From: the human T2T-CHM13v2.0 reference genome, Homo sapiens
Assembly (NCBI RefSeq): GCF_009914755.1
Contig: NC_060927.1
Length of the DNA: 64,000 nt
Direction: 5' to 3' (one strand)
Part shown: piece after piece, positions 12,946 to 25,649 of the stretch
How the letters are laid out: the number at the start of each line of letters is the position of its first letter
Numbering within the stretch: the stretch's first letter is position 1
The notes under the pieces: generated by a model
Databases searched by the model: none
What the model was told of the DNA's origin: nothing
What the model saw: only the letters and a program-made list of their open reading frames with translations
Position numbers and translations under genes: made by a program

Positions 12946-14809
12946 TATGTTAAAATAAGCAGAAAAGAAATCGTGTGGCATGGGCACTTAATATAATAGA
13001 AATTGACAAATCAAGAGTTTCAATAACAGCTTGTGTAAACAAACCAAATGATAAATAAGCCTAATTCCCCCAAACTAAAAATTATACTTTTTAGTTCAGA
13101 GTTAAGGTAAAGTTTTTGTTGAGTAATATGTAAATTAATGTCTTCCATTATAATGCAAATTAACAACTATTCATTTGAAACTGTAATGCTATTAATAAAA
13201 ATCTCAAATAACTGCTGACATTTCAGTCATCAAATTAAAGATGGTCTCTGAAATTTAAACATTCATGAATTCTCATTTTACCATAGCTAAAATCAAGACA
13301 CTGCTTAGATACAACCTTACAGCTGCTGCCGGCAAGTGGCTGCTGTGATGCGGTGCTCACTGCACACTCATGCTTCACACTGGCCACACCGCTCAGACTA
13401 TGGTCATGCCAGCTAAGTAACGTGCACTGTTGCTAAGACTATGTTGAGTTTAAATTACTAATTAAAGTATTCAAAAAGATTACACTGTAGTTGCATAATA
13501 CAACAAAAAGTAACGTTCTGCATAGAAAGATACTGAAATAGCGCAGCACGGTGGAGAGGAAAAGCTAGGATGAGAAAAAGGGGATGCTAGGGAATAATAT
13601 AGGAATAGGGAAGAGTAGAGAAGAAAAAAAGAAGAGTGGAAGAAAATTTTCCAGAGGTTATACCTCCAAGTCTTCAGTGTGTTAAAAACATATAAACCTC
13701 AGAAATGTTTGTTTTTTCTTACTGATAGCAAACCTAAAAATAATTTTTTTCATTACTTCTGTATGGTTCACTTCAGAATTACTGTGCAATTTGAAACAAA
13801 GCAAAATTAGTTTTCCTCATGATCTACATACACTACAGAATGATTCATATTTCACTCTTCCAGATTCTGATTTGAAAAATCCAACCACAAAGAAGCACAA
13901 AATCACTAGGAAGCTATTCTGTACAAAAAGTAAAATCCTGCAAATGTATAAATGTAACTCATAGGTACTTGGGTCAACTTTAAGTTACATGAATTTGGGT
14001 TTTTCTACTTGAGTCCTTTGTCTAATCTGAAACCTACCCACGCTAACCCAGCATAGACAATGCAAAGGCCGTAACATTTACATTCAACAAATACTTCAAA
14101 AATACAGTAATATAAGTTGCTATTGAAGAAGTTAATCACCTTATTCACAGCACAACCATCATAAAAATGTTAACTTTCTAACCTCCTATGACTGTCCTGT
14201 ATGCCACTATCCAGGATTTAAAAAAAACCACATACACACACACACGCACACAGACACACCCCACAATCAATGTATTTAGGCACTATAACAACCACAATAG
14301 TGACGCCTGTATGGGAATATTTAGTTTACACAACACTTTGATGGGCATTATCTACTCTTACTTACCAGAATACTGCCTTTCAAAACCAGGAAAAAATCAT
14401 CTTCACTTAACCAAGATTAGTATTTTTCATTTTCACCAGAAAGTCAAGCATGGGGTGACTTTACATCAAAAAGCCTTACCAACAAATTTAAGGAATGACA
14501 CGTAGGCAGCACCATCTTTCAAGGAACAAAATTCATTTAAAAACCAATTCTTACTCCACATGTACTTGAAATGCATTTCTCCATAAGGAAAATAGTGTCT
14601 AGATTCCTAAGATAGCCCACAAATGCCCATTTTACCTCTTACAACTCTGCTGAGCTGCAGTTCACATTACACTAGCCTGGGTTGCTGGGCAGGTAGCCAG
14701 GTTACCAAGCCTCCATTTCCTCTGCCCGCTTCTTAATTTTCCTATTAATATTCCTCAGGCTCTTCTCTTTGTAACAATCTCATCAGGGGTGGCACTACTG
14801 GACCATCGC

Positions 14810-15800
14810 GATGGCAACTACCAATTCACATTTTCAGCACTAATCTCTCATGTGCTTCAGACCCACAGATTCAACTACATGTTTGCAGACAGCTAACACT
14901 CAATAGGTTCATTTTCTCTTTCTTCCAAAAAATCTGCCCCACCACCCAGCCACCACCAATTCCCCCTACTCCTTTAATGAGTATGAGTTGCCTAAAAAGC
15001 CAAGCCAGGAATTTAGAAGTCACCTTCGAACTCTTCCTATCTCACACCTACATCCAACCGGCCACTCATCTTTTGACTACCCTTCTCAAATCCACCTCAC
15101 CATGCCTATCTCCATCAGCTTTGCCTTGATTCAGGTCCTGAGCCCTCGTCTCCCTCATTCAAGTCTGTATGCAGCCAGATATGACCATTTCCCTCTCTAC
15201 ATAAAACTTCAGTAGCTTCCCGTTGTCTGTAGTAGCAATTCCCAAACTGGTAAAAGAGTACCTTCAAAGTAAGTTGTTGTTTTTTTTTTTTTTCAAAACA
15301 ATTAAATTGAACTAGATTAAATAATATTAAGCAGGCCTCTCACTAGCAAAGTTTTGAAGTCTTACAACGCACAACATGATGTATTTCCCTGCCATGAGGA
15401 ACTGGGGCGGAAGGGAGCCTCAACTGGGTTCCAAGGTCAAAGTCAAAACTGATTGCAAGACATGTAAGATCCTACAGACTCTGGCCCCGCCTAGTTGTCA
15501 ACACCATCTGCCATTCATCAGTGGTTATCACTCGCCCCTTACAAACCTTACATGTCATTCATTTAGAACACAATCTGTAGTTCTTCAAAGAGCCCTACTG
15601 TTCCCTGACTCCACTTCTTTATATAGAATATTCCTTCTGCCAAGAATGCCCTTCTCTTAGTCTGGCTAAAGAGCTCCTACTTGCTCTTCCAGGACCAGCT
15701 CAAGCTACTAAGCTTTGATTGTCCCTTCCATCTCCTAGCAGAGGACTGCCCCCACCTTTCTCCCACCTCTGCAGGTATCAGAGCACTTTTCCAACAACGT
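14810..15800 (+). mobile_element. L2 fragments
   Basis: CAAGCCAGGAATTTAGAAGTCACCTT, GCAGCCAGA, TTCCTTCTGCCAAGAATGCCCTT are L2-like segments. Confidence 0.6.
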
Positions 15801-16699
15801 TGAACTTATAGACTAAAAACCTTAAAGGCTGGGAACCAGGCAAGCATCCAGCAGTGCAGCTGAATAAAGGAGACAGGGCAAGACTGGGTGAAGGAGGGGT
15901 GGAATCCCTCTTCTTTTTGTGGGCAAAATTTGACAACAAAGTAATTTTGTCTTTGGCATGCTCCCGCATCTCATCCCTATTCCCCTTTCCCAGCTCTCCC
16001 AATATCCTGTGTTCCCAGGTCCCTTAGTGACCTCATGGAACTCTACACAACCTCCACCACAGCACTATGTTCTTCAGATCAACCCTTCCTCTTCCTCTTA
16101 ATCAGGATCCTTCTGTTCAGAAGTTAACACATAAATTAGTGACAGCTTCTCATAGCTGTTAACCTAAGATGAATCACTAAGAAACAAAATTTTAAAAGAA
16201 GTATGGAGAGGATATGGGGAGTGGACACTCTATCGCACAGAAAGACTGGCCCAGAAGCATCTAGGAGTCTCTTCCTGACTGGGCCCCCCAGAAGTGTTTC
16301 CACCTCACTTCATCCACTCCTACAGATTAGCTGCAGTGAGTGCTACAGGTAGAGACAGAGCTGGGGCAGACACTACCATCCTACAGATCATCCATTCTTC
16401 TTGGGTTGAATACCTCTGTGTCTTTGTTTTAGTTTGAGACCACTTATGGTTAATTCTTCAGCAGACAGAAAGTTCTCACCAACATGTTCACCAATGAACT
16501 TAAAACAGTGTCTTCACTCTAGCCAAGCAGTTCCCTGAAATCTAACCCCAAACTACTGCTTGACTAGAAAAAGGTAAATTAAATCAGAAAACCAAGATGT
16601 TGTCAAGTATCCTAATTTTTCAGATAAATCTGTAAATATTAAATTAGCATTCTAGCAATAATCATTCTGGTTTATTGCCAATTTGATTTCATAAAAACT

Positions 16700-17220
16700 C
16701 ATTTGTTAGAATGGTATTGCCTACCATGTGCCAACTAGTGGTCTAAATGCTGGAGGTTACAAGATTAAATTTCTAACCTTAAGGAACCACATCTAGTAGG
16801 CTAGACAAATAAGTAAGCAAACAAATATCAAACAAAATGGTGACCAATGGCACCAGGGAGAAAGAGAGAACCAAGAACAGAAAAGACTTCAAAAAAGAAC
16901 TATCTCTTGATCTAAGACCAGAAGGATGTAAACTTGATCAAGCAAACAAGCAGTAAGAGGAAAAATGTTAGGGAGAAAATAGAGAGATGAAACCCAAGCA
17001 GGGGAACTGCCACATGCAGAGGTACTATAGTGAGAGATCCTAAAAAATGCCAGGAAAACAAGTTATTTAAACTGACTGGTGCACGGGGTGATAGCCTTTG
17101 AGGAATAATTACAAATGGAGGTTTAGAAGGATAGGACAGGATCAGATTATAAGGAAGGGTCTTGTTAGACATGATAAACAATACAGATTATCTTGTAGGT
17201 GATGGAGATTCTGAACTTTT
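16700..17220 (-). mobile_element. L2 fragment
   Basis: GCCTACCATGTGCCA...TGCAGAGGTACTATAG...GACAGGATCAGATTATAAGG, L2 3' region antisense. Confidence 0.6.
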
Positions 17221-18679
17221 GTCACCTGAAAGAGATCCTAGGCCAGGCCAAGGAGCCATATTCCTGAAGAATACAACGTGAATGGTATCCTCTGGACTTG
17301 TGCAATGCAACAGCACAGTGTTTACCTGCTGGACTGTGTATGTGTAAGAGAGAAGAACTCATTCATCGATGTCTCCCCAGCATCCAGCCCTGTGTTTGGC
17401 ATGTACAGGAACTAAAACACTATTAAATAGTTAGAAGTACCAACACAGTCCTAAAGGCATAACCAAGAGGCCCTAACCAAGCCCCCTTCCTTGCTACCTA
17501 TAAAATCACAACTCTTATACACTACAATAACTTATCATTGCCACAACTATTAAGGGAACATGAAGAATAGTGAGTCACTATGGGCCGCACCAGAGATTAG
17601 AAAGGATTGGGGCGGGGGGTACTCTTTAAGATGCTTCTGAATCTGACTAAATTAATGAGCTTATTCTATTCTCTTCATCAAACACTGAACAGAAAACCAT
17701 GGGTTAGCTTAAAATTATTCTTCAACTAACTCTAAGGCAGTGCTGACAATTATGAAAAGTACATTTTCATATCAAAAAGACCCATTAAATATTTCAATTA
17801 AGCGTGTGCTAGGTTAGTCTAGTCTTTCAAGTAAGTGCTACAGACAAAATTATGTCATTTGCCTATTGTACTTTACATTTTACTTAGTATACTAATCTAC
17901 TTATTATAATTAGCATTAAATAGGTTTCTATCTTTTGTGCTTAGGAAAATTAGAAACATAAACATTAAAAAAAGGAGAAACAAGGAAACTACAGATGAAA
18001 ATTGTAAATGAGCTTAGAAAACTGGTGACTTAAGAAGCTAAGGCATGATCTAGAGATGAATGAAAAATCTTTGGTCTAAAAAAATAAAGTAAAATAAAAT
18101 AAAATTTAAAAAAAAGAAAAATCTTCGGTCTATAAGGAACCAGTGACTAGGATTCCATGTTTAAAGAAATCTAAAGGTCACAAAATTGAAATATAATTCA
18201 AAGTCTTCTTTAAAAAAAAAGTAGAAATATTTGACTAATCAGAATTTTTAAATGAAAATAATGCATATAAAGTCCTATAAAATAAATACAATTACAGATA
18301 GTTTTAAATTTTATAAGGTGGTCAGAGACAGAGACATTGGGTAACAGTAACAAGATGGGAGAGAAAACAGACTGCAAACACACCAGAGACACAAAGAGAA
18401 AAACTAAAATATACATAAAATGTATATCGGAGATACATGAGGTTAACATCTTGAGCTTTTGAGGATGTTGCTACTAAAGATACAAAATCATAGATTGTTT
18501 TGGACATAAAAAGCCTGAATATAACATTATTGCCTGCTGTTCCAGTTAACAAAAAAACAAAGAGCAATCATCAATCACACCCCACACACACATCTGACTT
18601 GTTTTGAATATCTTCAATGTTACTAAGTTAACAAATAATAAGTTACCCTTCACTCAGACTCTTATCCTTACAATTCTCT

Positions 18680-18830
18680 AAGGTACCCTTTATCACCTCT
18701 ATCTGGCAAATAAAAAAGCTCTCAGAGGTTCAGTGACTTACTTAACCCAGACTACAAGACTGGTATGTGACAGAGCTGTAATTCAAAATCACTATGGCTC
18801 TGAAGCCCACATTTTTATCCAATACACCAT
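18680..18830. mobile_element. MIR
   Basis: GCTCTCAGAGGTTCAGTGACTT...GTGACAGAGCTGTAATTCAAA core. Confidence 0.65.
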
Positions 18831-20774
18831 GCCCTCTCCCAGGACATAAGACTGTTAAGTTTTTAGCCACCATCATGTTTTTACATACTCATGTTTTCTT
18901 ACTGTGCTATCCCCAGAGTAATACTTAAGTTTAGATACTTTAAATTTCATGGAATCCATTAATAATTTACATCGCTCTTTTAAAACAATGCAGATCTTGC
19001 TAGCAGTAAGGAATAAATTTATTCTTTAAAAAAACAAAACAAAAACACTCAAAGTAGTTGAGTATCCCCTCAGAATGACAGACAGTACCAATAATCTCCT
19101 AATATTCTCAACTTTATTACCTAGCCTTTTAATTATACTAGATCTTTTTGTGGCATAACCTTACGGAGATAGCAGATGTTCATAAATACCTAAGTTATTT
19201 CTCCATTATTCACACTGTGGAGTCACATCATATATGCACTTAATTAAAACCAATTCAACTACTTACACTCTGGGGGGAAGCAACAGAGAAAAATAATTTG
19301 AATAATGATGATAGTATGCCTTCCTTTACATCCCTGTCCCAGAGTGAGCATGAAATGAAGACTATAAATCCGCTATGCTCAGTCAATCTAAGACCCATTC
19401 ACCTGTCAAAACGGTCTCACACAGCTGGTGAGGATTCCAGCTCACCAAAAAAGGGACCTCTCTAAAACTACAGGAAAAACTGGACACTAGAATTGAAAGA
19501 CAGAATGTCAGTTTCCAACCAGTTTTCAAACTGGTGCCTTTTTAAAAGACTTTTTCCAAGGGTAATTTTGACTACACAGGATTTTTATCTGAGAATTTAG
19601 GCCCAAAGGCCCCATGAGCAGTGATTGCACTTTATTCAGCTCTTTAGATCAATCAGAAAAAAATCAGGACCCAAAACACTTGTCTTTTATATCAAAATAA
19701 ATAACTAAAATATATTTCATCCTATTTCACAAATGGAAAAAAAAAAAAACAGAGCAACAGGGATGCTATGAAGAAACCACCCTTAGACACATATGTGGGA
19801 GCAATTCCATGACTCATTTTAAACAAACTAAAAATAGTTTGTTTCAAGAAGTCTGTCAAGCAAGCAAAGGCAACCCTTAAAAGTTGGCTCTCACTGGAAA
19901 AAAAAAATGCAAAAGTTTTGAGATGTGCCATTACTACAGAGTACAAAATTAAAGCAAGGGTGAAAGGAACACCCAAGCTAGAGAAAGGATCTGGGGTTAG
20001 ACCATAAAGGATCCTTTATGCTGTCACTTACTTCACTTTCCTCTTCTCTAAAAAGGCACTAATCTAAATAATCCATGATCTCTCCGCATTATTTTCCAGT
20101 CTCACACCTCTTTATTTCAATGTTCAACTCCTTTGTGAAAAAAAAATAAGAAAAACTCACTGAGCTAGAACCATCTTTCACCTTACCACCCAACATCAGT
20201 TACAAGTATTTTTACTTCAAACTTGAGAAAGATTCTGTAGACATCAGCAATTTCCAGACCACATAATTAGGAAATTCTACTTTACATACTTAAGTGACTT
20301 TTTCTGGAAATTTAATTTCTTATCTAACTAGTCTCTGAGTGTCAATTGATCATTTAAAACCAAGATCCACAGGGAGTAAGTGTAAGAATCAACAAAAAAG
20401 ACAAAATTCTGATTAACAGATTAATTTTGCGGTCTTGACGTTTACTATTCGAGTTAATGTTTTACCATCTCAGACTCTAGCAAAGGTTCCAATATGACCC
20501 TGTGGGTCTAAGATGTTAACAGATATGGTATTGGCATAGTTCCCTCTAGAGAATCATTTTATGGAAACTTTTCAGCAATCACCATCCTCAAACAACCTTC
20601 CTCAGTGTCAGACACTTATTTGGACAGTTCTCTCCTTTATTCCGTTTTTCTCCCTTCTTACTGATTACCATAAAGTCATTTTTTAAACTATCATAACAGT
20701 GATCATTTTTTCCAATTACCATTTACTCATGTCATCTCATTTTACCTCTATTTTTAACCTGATTAATACAAATT

Positions 20775-20903
20775 ATTTTTGGTTGTTTTAAGACAAAGTC
20801 TTGCTTTGTCACTCAGGCTGGTCTCAAACTCCTGGCCTCAAGCCATCCTCCTGCCTTGGCCTCCCAAAGCACTGGGATTTCAAGCATGAGTCACTGTGCA
20901 TAA
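20775..20903 (-). mobile_element. Alu monomer (FLAM-like)
   Basis: Antisense left monomer. Confidence 0.85.
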
Positions 20904-21202
20904 CCTACTAACACAAATCGTTTTAACTCCTTTTATAATCACTAGTTATCTAGTGATAACTGATTAACTGTGGACCTTCTTCTACCTTACAAATATCTAC
21001 TTTTCTCCAGATTAATTTGAGCCCAGAACTTTTTCATTTTTTTAAACCTAAATCTTAATTAAAATTATGTGCCAGAAATCTGAGCCTCTCTTACTTCTCT
21101 ACTCTCAAAATATGATGTTCAACAAAACTCAAACGAGAACCTAACAATTTCCTTGCTTCTTGCATGCTATTTGAACTTAAGTGGTTAATTAGAACATGGT
21201 TT

Positions 21203-22109
<907 letters not shown>

Positions 22110-23287
22110 CTCAACATGGTTTTGACGACTACAGATTTACTCTCTCCATAGGCCAATTAGCTTCATTTTCACAAAAACTATGTTCCAAAACCAAGGCTAA
22201 ATCCCATCAGCTACCTCTTGGATCCAGATGAGATATGGCATATTCAGAATACATTCAGAGGTAACACCAAGAAGAAATTTAATTTCTAATTTCTTCTGGC
22301 TACTCCAGGCACACTGCCTATCGAGCAGCCCTGTTCTGCAAGAAGCAGTATTAAAAAATGTTTTTAAAACTTTAAAAAATAAGAAATGTGATTCTAAGGA
22401 GGGAGAGAGAAGGGAGAAAAGGATGAGTACAACATATCTAAGAGTTAAACTGAGCTATATTTGAATGGATGATAAATGGAATAGGAGTTGGCAGCTTATC
22501 ACCTATCAAAGAAAACAGTCAAAACAGTTCACAGTTGTGTGCTAAAAGAAGGTGATCTAGTGTGTGACACCTATTAAGATGACATATCTGATTTATCACC
22601 AGAATCTGAGGTTCAGAGATGTTATGTTGCCTAGTCACATACAACTAACCTTATAAACCCAGAGACAGAAACCTCTGTGTTAAGCACATTAACACAGAGC
22701 TAGGTTTCTGTCTGTCTTCAAAGTCGCTTATACTGTAAGCTCCTTAACTTCTTTAATTTTTTTTTTAACAAAGAAGAATATTGTTACCTGAAAGTGTTGA
22801 GGATTAGTTGAGACCATATGTAAAGAAAGGAGCACTTTTCCTGGCACATAATGGTTTCTTTCCTTCTTCCATTCCATATATTGAATCAAACTATGCTTGT
22901 ATAACGTGGTGGTTTTGTAACTACTGTGAATATGAGGTTTTAGAATATGAATATGCTTTATTCCTAAGATAAATAGTAATCTTAGGACATAGGCACTATA
23001 TCATATTACTATGGATATACAACCTACTCAATGGTCAAACTCAGTGAGAATAAGCAGTGATGGGGACGCCCTATGGAACTTTATCTTTATTCTGTCTTTT
23101 TTCTCAGTCTCAGTGATGTTGGAAATAAGAACTTTATACTTGTGAATGACAACAAAGTGGTTTATAATCTCGAAAATCTTGAAGACAGAAATAGGATTTC
23201 AAAATGAGCTCGATAATGTGGTTTATCCAAAGCGGATTCTGTGTGTTGTATATTTGGTGACCTAAACTAACTATGTAAGTATCAACC

Positions 23288-23652
<365 letters not shown>

Positions 23653-24306
23653 CTAACAAGGCTCAAAATCTCAATTATTTCACTCTCTGCCTGATCTAAT
23701 GGTAGGATAATGCAAATCAAAGATACCAGCAAAAGTTATGTTCTACAACAATCATTAATAATAGGTTTACTACTTCGAACAACTTCCAAGCACTGATTTG
23801 CCTTAAAGGGGTTGCAAACCAGGATGAGATGCCCACACACATTGATTTTTGGCAACTGTAGTCTATTAAGCAAAGCAACAAACCTCTAGAGAAAATAATG
23901 TCACATATATTCCAGTGAAACAAAATTAATACATGTACCTTGGTAAAGAGGCTGAGCTCTAACCAAAGATAGAGCACTGTTCATTACGTACTCACCCTTC
24001 AAAGGAATCAAATCGAAACACTTTCATTTTAACAACGATACTTTTTAAAGGCTTTATTTTGCAATAATCTTTCAAGTCCCTGCATTTCTTAGATTCCTTA
24101 AATTCTAACTTCCTGCCTCATAGATCTAAAGTAGCCATGACATACCCAGGTATGTTCTACTCATTTAGTTAGAATCGTATAGAGGAACACAAGTCTGTTT
24201 CTAGGTGTACGACTCCACACCCATTCATTTTGCACTAATATAACCACTAAATATAGCTCTAAGACACTGATGATTAAAAGCGGCTAATTATGTGAGTGAT
24301 TCATAC

Positions 24307-24348
24307 CTCCTATGTCCAAACACCAAGATTCAGGGATGTCTGTCAGAT
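24307..24348 (-). other. ATP13A3: ATP13A3 non-coding exon 2 (42 nt)
   Basis: Acceptor TTATTGTTTCCTCTTCCCATAG|ATC and donor GAG|GTATGA, between the CpG-island exon and the ATG exon. Confidence 0.82.
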
Positions 24349-25078
24349 CTATGGGAAGAGGAAACAATAAACACCTGTCACAAAGCTTCTTCCACACCGG
24401 GAAGCCCCCAGCTGAGTTCCTGCCAATCCCAACCCGATTCCCTCCCCCTTCATCCCTACCCCTCACCTCCCCAAAAAAGCCAGAGGTCATACTTCCACCA
24501 GAACCTGACTCTGTGAAGGGAATGGAGAGACAGAAAGGCCATAGCGAGAGTGGCCACGAGAGCACTGCTAGGGCAAAGGGCCCTGGGTTTTTCTAGTCCT
24601 CACTGCCACAGAGTCCGAGTGGGAGGCCTCAGGCAAGTCAGAAGTCACTTTTCCTCCACGGGACTCACTCCTTTTATCTGTGAAATGCGGAGATGGCAAG
24701 CAGCTCCATACTCCACGGCTGAGGACGAGCTAGGGTCCCGCACAGACTCATCGAGGGCCCTGCCAGCACCCCTACGCCTCTGCCCACAGGACCTCCACCT
24801 CCCACAGGACTTTCCGAAAGCTCTGACTACCAACCACCAAGCGCCCGGCCCCCACGCTCGCCCCCGGCAGGCGGCGCGTCCCCCCCAGGCCTTCGCACCC
24901 ACCGCGTGGGCTCCTGCCCTGGCCTCACCTGCCCCCGACACTCCCCGTCCCCGCGATGCCCAACTCCGGCCCGAGAAGGCTGGCCGCGACCTCGCCCGGT
25001 ACCCGCCGCCCCGACACCACCATTCGCCTCCTCGACCTCCCCCGGCGCCGCTGCCCACCCGCCCCTCGCCCCGCTCAC

Positions 25079-25590
25079 CGGGGCCGCTCACTGGCCGCCG
25101 CCGCGCCGCCTCCTCCGCGGCCTCCCTCGCGGCCGGACCAGCCCCAGGGGCCGCGGGGGACCCGGCCGCCGCTGTCGCCGCCGCCGCCTCGCCTCAGCCC
25201 AGCCCCATCGCCCTCGGCCGGCGCCGCGCGCTGCGGCTCAGGGTGAGGGAAGGAGGCGCCGCGGCGGGGCCGGGCCGGCCCTGGGACGTCCGCGCTCTCC
25301 TCCTCCTCCGCGCCCGCGGCGGCGGCGTGCAGCCGGCAGGGCGAGAACAAGGGAGGGCGGCGGGAGGTGGGCAGGGGAGGGGGGCGGTCTGCACTCCGAA
25401 ACGGCCCCCCCGCCGCCAGCGACGTAGAGAACCCCCCTCCCCTCCGCGGCGGCGCCCGATCACGCTGCGGGGAGAGCCGGCAGGCAGGCGGGGGAGCGCG
25501 CGCGGGCTCAGGACTCCCGCGCCGGATGTGAGGTCACGTGGTGGCTTCATCCCCGCGCGGAGGGCGGAGGGGCGCGGGCGACGTCAGGAG
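25079..25590 (-). other. ATP13A3: ATP13A3 non-coding exon 1 (5' boundary inferred, TSS uncertain)
   Basis: Donor CCG|GTGAGC at 25078; TATAAAT on - strand at 25626-25620 predicts a start near 25590, but CpG-island starts are usually dispersed. Confidence 0.8.
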
Positions 25591-25592
25591 GC

Positions 25593-25636
25593 GGGGAAGG
25601 GGCGGGGAGGGGCGGGGCGATTTATAGGCCCCGCCC
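25593..25636 (-). promoter_or_regulatory. Core promoter: TATA box flanked by Sp/KLF GC boxes
   Basis: - strand GGGCGGGGCCTATAAATCGCCCCGCCCCTCCCCGCCCC. Confidence 0.65.
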
Positions 25637-25649
25637 ACCCATCGCCTTT

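Noticed and set aside
14355-14370. Isolated consensus - strand donor CTG|GTAAGT (also one near 19261)
   Set aside because: No convincing paired acceptor or coding frame found; such motifs occur by chance in a 23-kb intron.
25075-25350. 91-aa exon-1 ORF as an N-terminal extension of ATP13A3
   Set aside because: It is in frame with the CDS after canonical splicing but hits TGA in exon 2 (..RSDRHP*) and TAA five codons before the ATG in exon 3.
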